Assembly: GCA_950097015.1 (NCBI GenBank)
Contig: CATNEN010000003.1
Span: forward strand, 2,728,001 to 2,792,000
DNA length: 64,000 nucleotides
Origin: Macrostomum hystrix
Lineage: Eukaryota > Animalia > Platyhelminthes
Direction: 5' to 3'
In this document: one piece after another, positions 62,121-64,000 of the stretch
Position numbering within the stretch: the first letter of the stretch is position 1
Layout of the letters: the number at the start of each line of letters is the position of its first letter
Notes under the pieces: model-generated
Database searches by the model: none
Seen by the model: the letters and a program-made list of their open reading frames with translations, nothing else
Told to the model about the DNA's origin: nothing
Translations under genes and position numbers: made by a program

Positions 62121-62807
62121 TCATCCACTTCCAGCTTTCGCAGCTGATCCATTGACAGAGCCGCTGTCAAGATTCTTCGCAGCAGAATCGCTTCCCAAAC
62201 CTTCGTCTTCTTCCGTTGCCTCTTCACCATCGCTGTCTTCATCCGCGTCGGTATCTTCGTCATCATCTTCGGAATCTGTGTCATCATCGTCGTCGTCGTC
62301 TTCATCGCCGGAGCTTATCTGATCCAGCAGCAGACGGTCTGAGATCACGGCGCGAAACTGCAACGCTTCCAGATTGTCCGGCTCGTACAGTAGAATCATT
62401 TCGCACAGCTTGGCCGCATTGTTGAAGTCCTTGGTCATGACGCACTCGATGAATTCCATCAGCAGCTCAGTAGGAGCCTCCCGTCGTCTAGGCGTGGCTG
62501 CGCCTGAACCATCGTGCGGCGTGCGGGCGCTACCGAGGCCGCTGTCCAGATTGCTGCGGCTTGTTGAAGACGCCGAAGCCGGAGCTGGAGGAACACGAGC
62601 CGCTGACGTCGCCGACGCCGAGGCCGACGCTGTGGCTGCAGCCGGTTGACGACGTCGGGATGCTGCGGCAGCTGGCGACACCACCGAAGGTGCCGAACCA
62701 GCTGGACGCTGCGAGACAGACAGCAGCGAGGACGCTGTCGGTGACAGCTGCGGTGGTGGCTTCCTTCCGCCGCCACTGCCGCCGCCGCCGCGAGAAGCTG
62801 TTGCCAT
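62121..62807 (-). CDS. ERICH2: Glutamate-rich protein 2-like (ERICH2), single coding exon, 228 aa
   Basis: APTELLMEFIECVMTKDFNNAAKLCEMILLYEPDNLEALQF followed by an acidic tail resembles the conserved ERICH2 block; good Kozak context CACCATGG. Confidence 0.8.
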   Translation of the reverse strand: MATASRGGGGSGGGRKPPPQLSPTASSLLSVSQRPAGSAPSVVSPAAAASRRRQPAAATASASASATSAARVPPAPASASSTSRSNLDSGLGSARTPHDGSGAATPRRREAPTELLMEFIECVMTKDFNNAAKLCEMILLYEPDNLEALQFRAVISDRLLLDQISSGDEDDDDDDDTDSEDDDEDTDADEDSDGEEATEEDEGLGSDSAAKNLDSGSVNGSAAKAGSG

Positions 62808-62981
62808 GGTGATCTATGGCAGACTCTGAATACATAAACAATTATAATATTAATAGTAGTGCTACTGTGCTACTGTAATGATTTCATTTATCGAACGAAC
62901 TTAAAAACCTAAATTTAGCTTTCAAATTTCGAGCGCCATGTAAGGTCGAAGCTGTTAAAAGGAGAGGTCGAGACAAATCAC

Positions 62982-63145
62982 GGAGGTCAATATACCAAAG
63001 GGAGGTCAAGATACTAACGGGAGGTCAATATACCAAAGGGAGGTCAAGATACTAACGGGAGGTCAATATACCAAAGGGAGGTCAAGATACTAACGGGAGG
63101 TCAATATACCAAAGGGAGGTCAAGATACCAGGAGGTTAATATATC
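62982..63145. repeat. 19-bp alternating repeat GGAGGTCAATATACCAAAG / GGAGGTCAAGATACTAACG upstream of ERICH2
   Basis: Direct reading. Confidence 0.9.
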
Positions 63146-64000
63146 AGAGGTGTCAAGATAAAGGCAAGCGTAGGGTCAAAACGTGGCTACGGAATAACGA
63201 CTGTTTTCTAGGAAAACACAGAAAATAAATTATGTGAGCTATAACTTTAGCCAGACAACACAAAAATATGCCACTTAAATAATTTTTCACGAGTTGGTTT
63301 GCTGGTGGCCACAGCTTTTTATATATTGTAAACAAAAAAGACACGGAAGTACACGGCAATATATATATGTATATATATATATATAATATTTGTTATACTC
63401 TTTATCAGCGTTTAAATAAGCAAAAAATAATGGTTATAACAAAACAAAGAGACACATACGTAAAAAAGTTCAATCGAAAAAACGGACAAAAATATATAAG
63501 TGCATGAGTATATCTCATTGGATACTAGGTATTTGGACAGAAGATCTTTGTCGCAAAAAATAAATAAAACATTTTAAAGTAAAACAACTTTTAAAGAAAC
63601 TATGAAGTTAAGATTAGTCTCTTAAGCAGTAGAACTGAAAGGAAGAACAAATATAATTGATTCTTTAAAAAACATCCAAAGAACATGTACTGCTCTATTT
63701 TAATCAAATTATCTTTTTCATACATATAATGTGAATGACAATTAAAATTTCATAAAATGGGCGGATAGACGGATATATAACGGAAAAAGAACACCAAAGA
63801 AAAACTACGTAAAGAGTAGATAACAAAATAACAAAAACTGTTTTATTACAGTATAATATGGATTTACTGATTATTGTGTAATGCCCTACATATTTTTATG
63901 TTTACGCCATTTTTAAACGCGGATTTTTCACAGATACATTTCTGGAACACAACGCTATCGAAATGCAAAGTAAAACAAAATTCGAACAAAAACAAAATGA

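Overview
Eukaryotic (metazoan) genomic DNA with spliceosomal GT-AG introns and a very high load of unrelated minisatellites. The architecture resembles free-living flatworm genomes such as Macrostomum, but this is inference only. Four host genes are on the minus strand: a single-exon ERICH2-like gene (62121-62807), an 11-exon FAM227-family (FWWh domain) gene (49223-60180), a KCTD-type BTB/T1 gene lacking a visible start codon (26517-~33362), and a Cys-less ('Pro-loop') pentameric ligand-gated ion channel gene without a signal peptide (9559 down to 858, remaining exons apparently before position 1). The channel's second coding intron holds an apparently intact, young P-superfamily transposon (5188-8365) with 128-bp perfect TIRs, an 8-bp TSD, and a spliced 827-aa THAP-DDE transposase. 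Also present are a foldback/Mutator-like non-autonomous element, two tRNA-derived SINE families (one CORE-like, in three copies), and about 30 tandem arrays including 4-kb and 8.4-kb satellites. Most long ORFs in the supplied track are repeat artefacts. The most interesting leads are: the P element and a host array carrying its subterminal motif; splice-signal-like motifs in intronic minisatellites that appear polarised by splice-site type; a possible spliced-leader-supplied AUG or operon arrangement; and a three-variant hairpin array.
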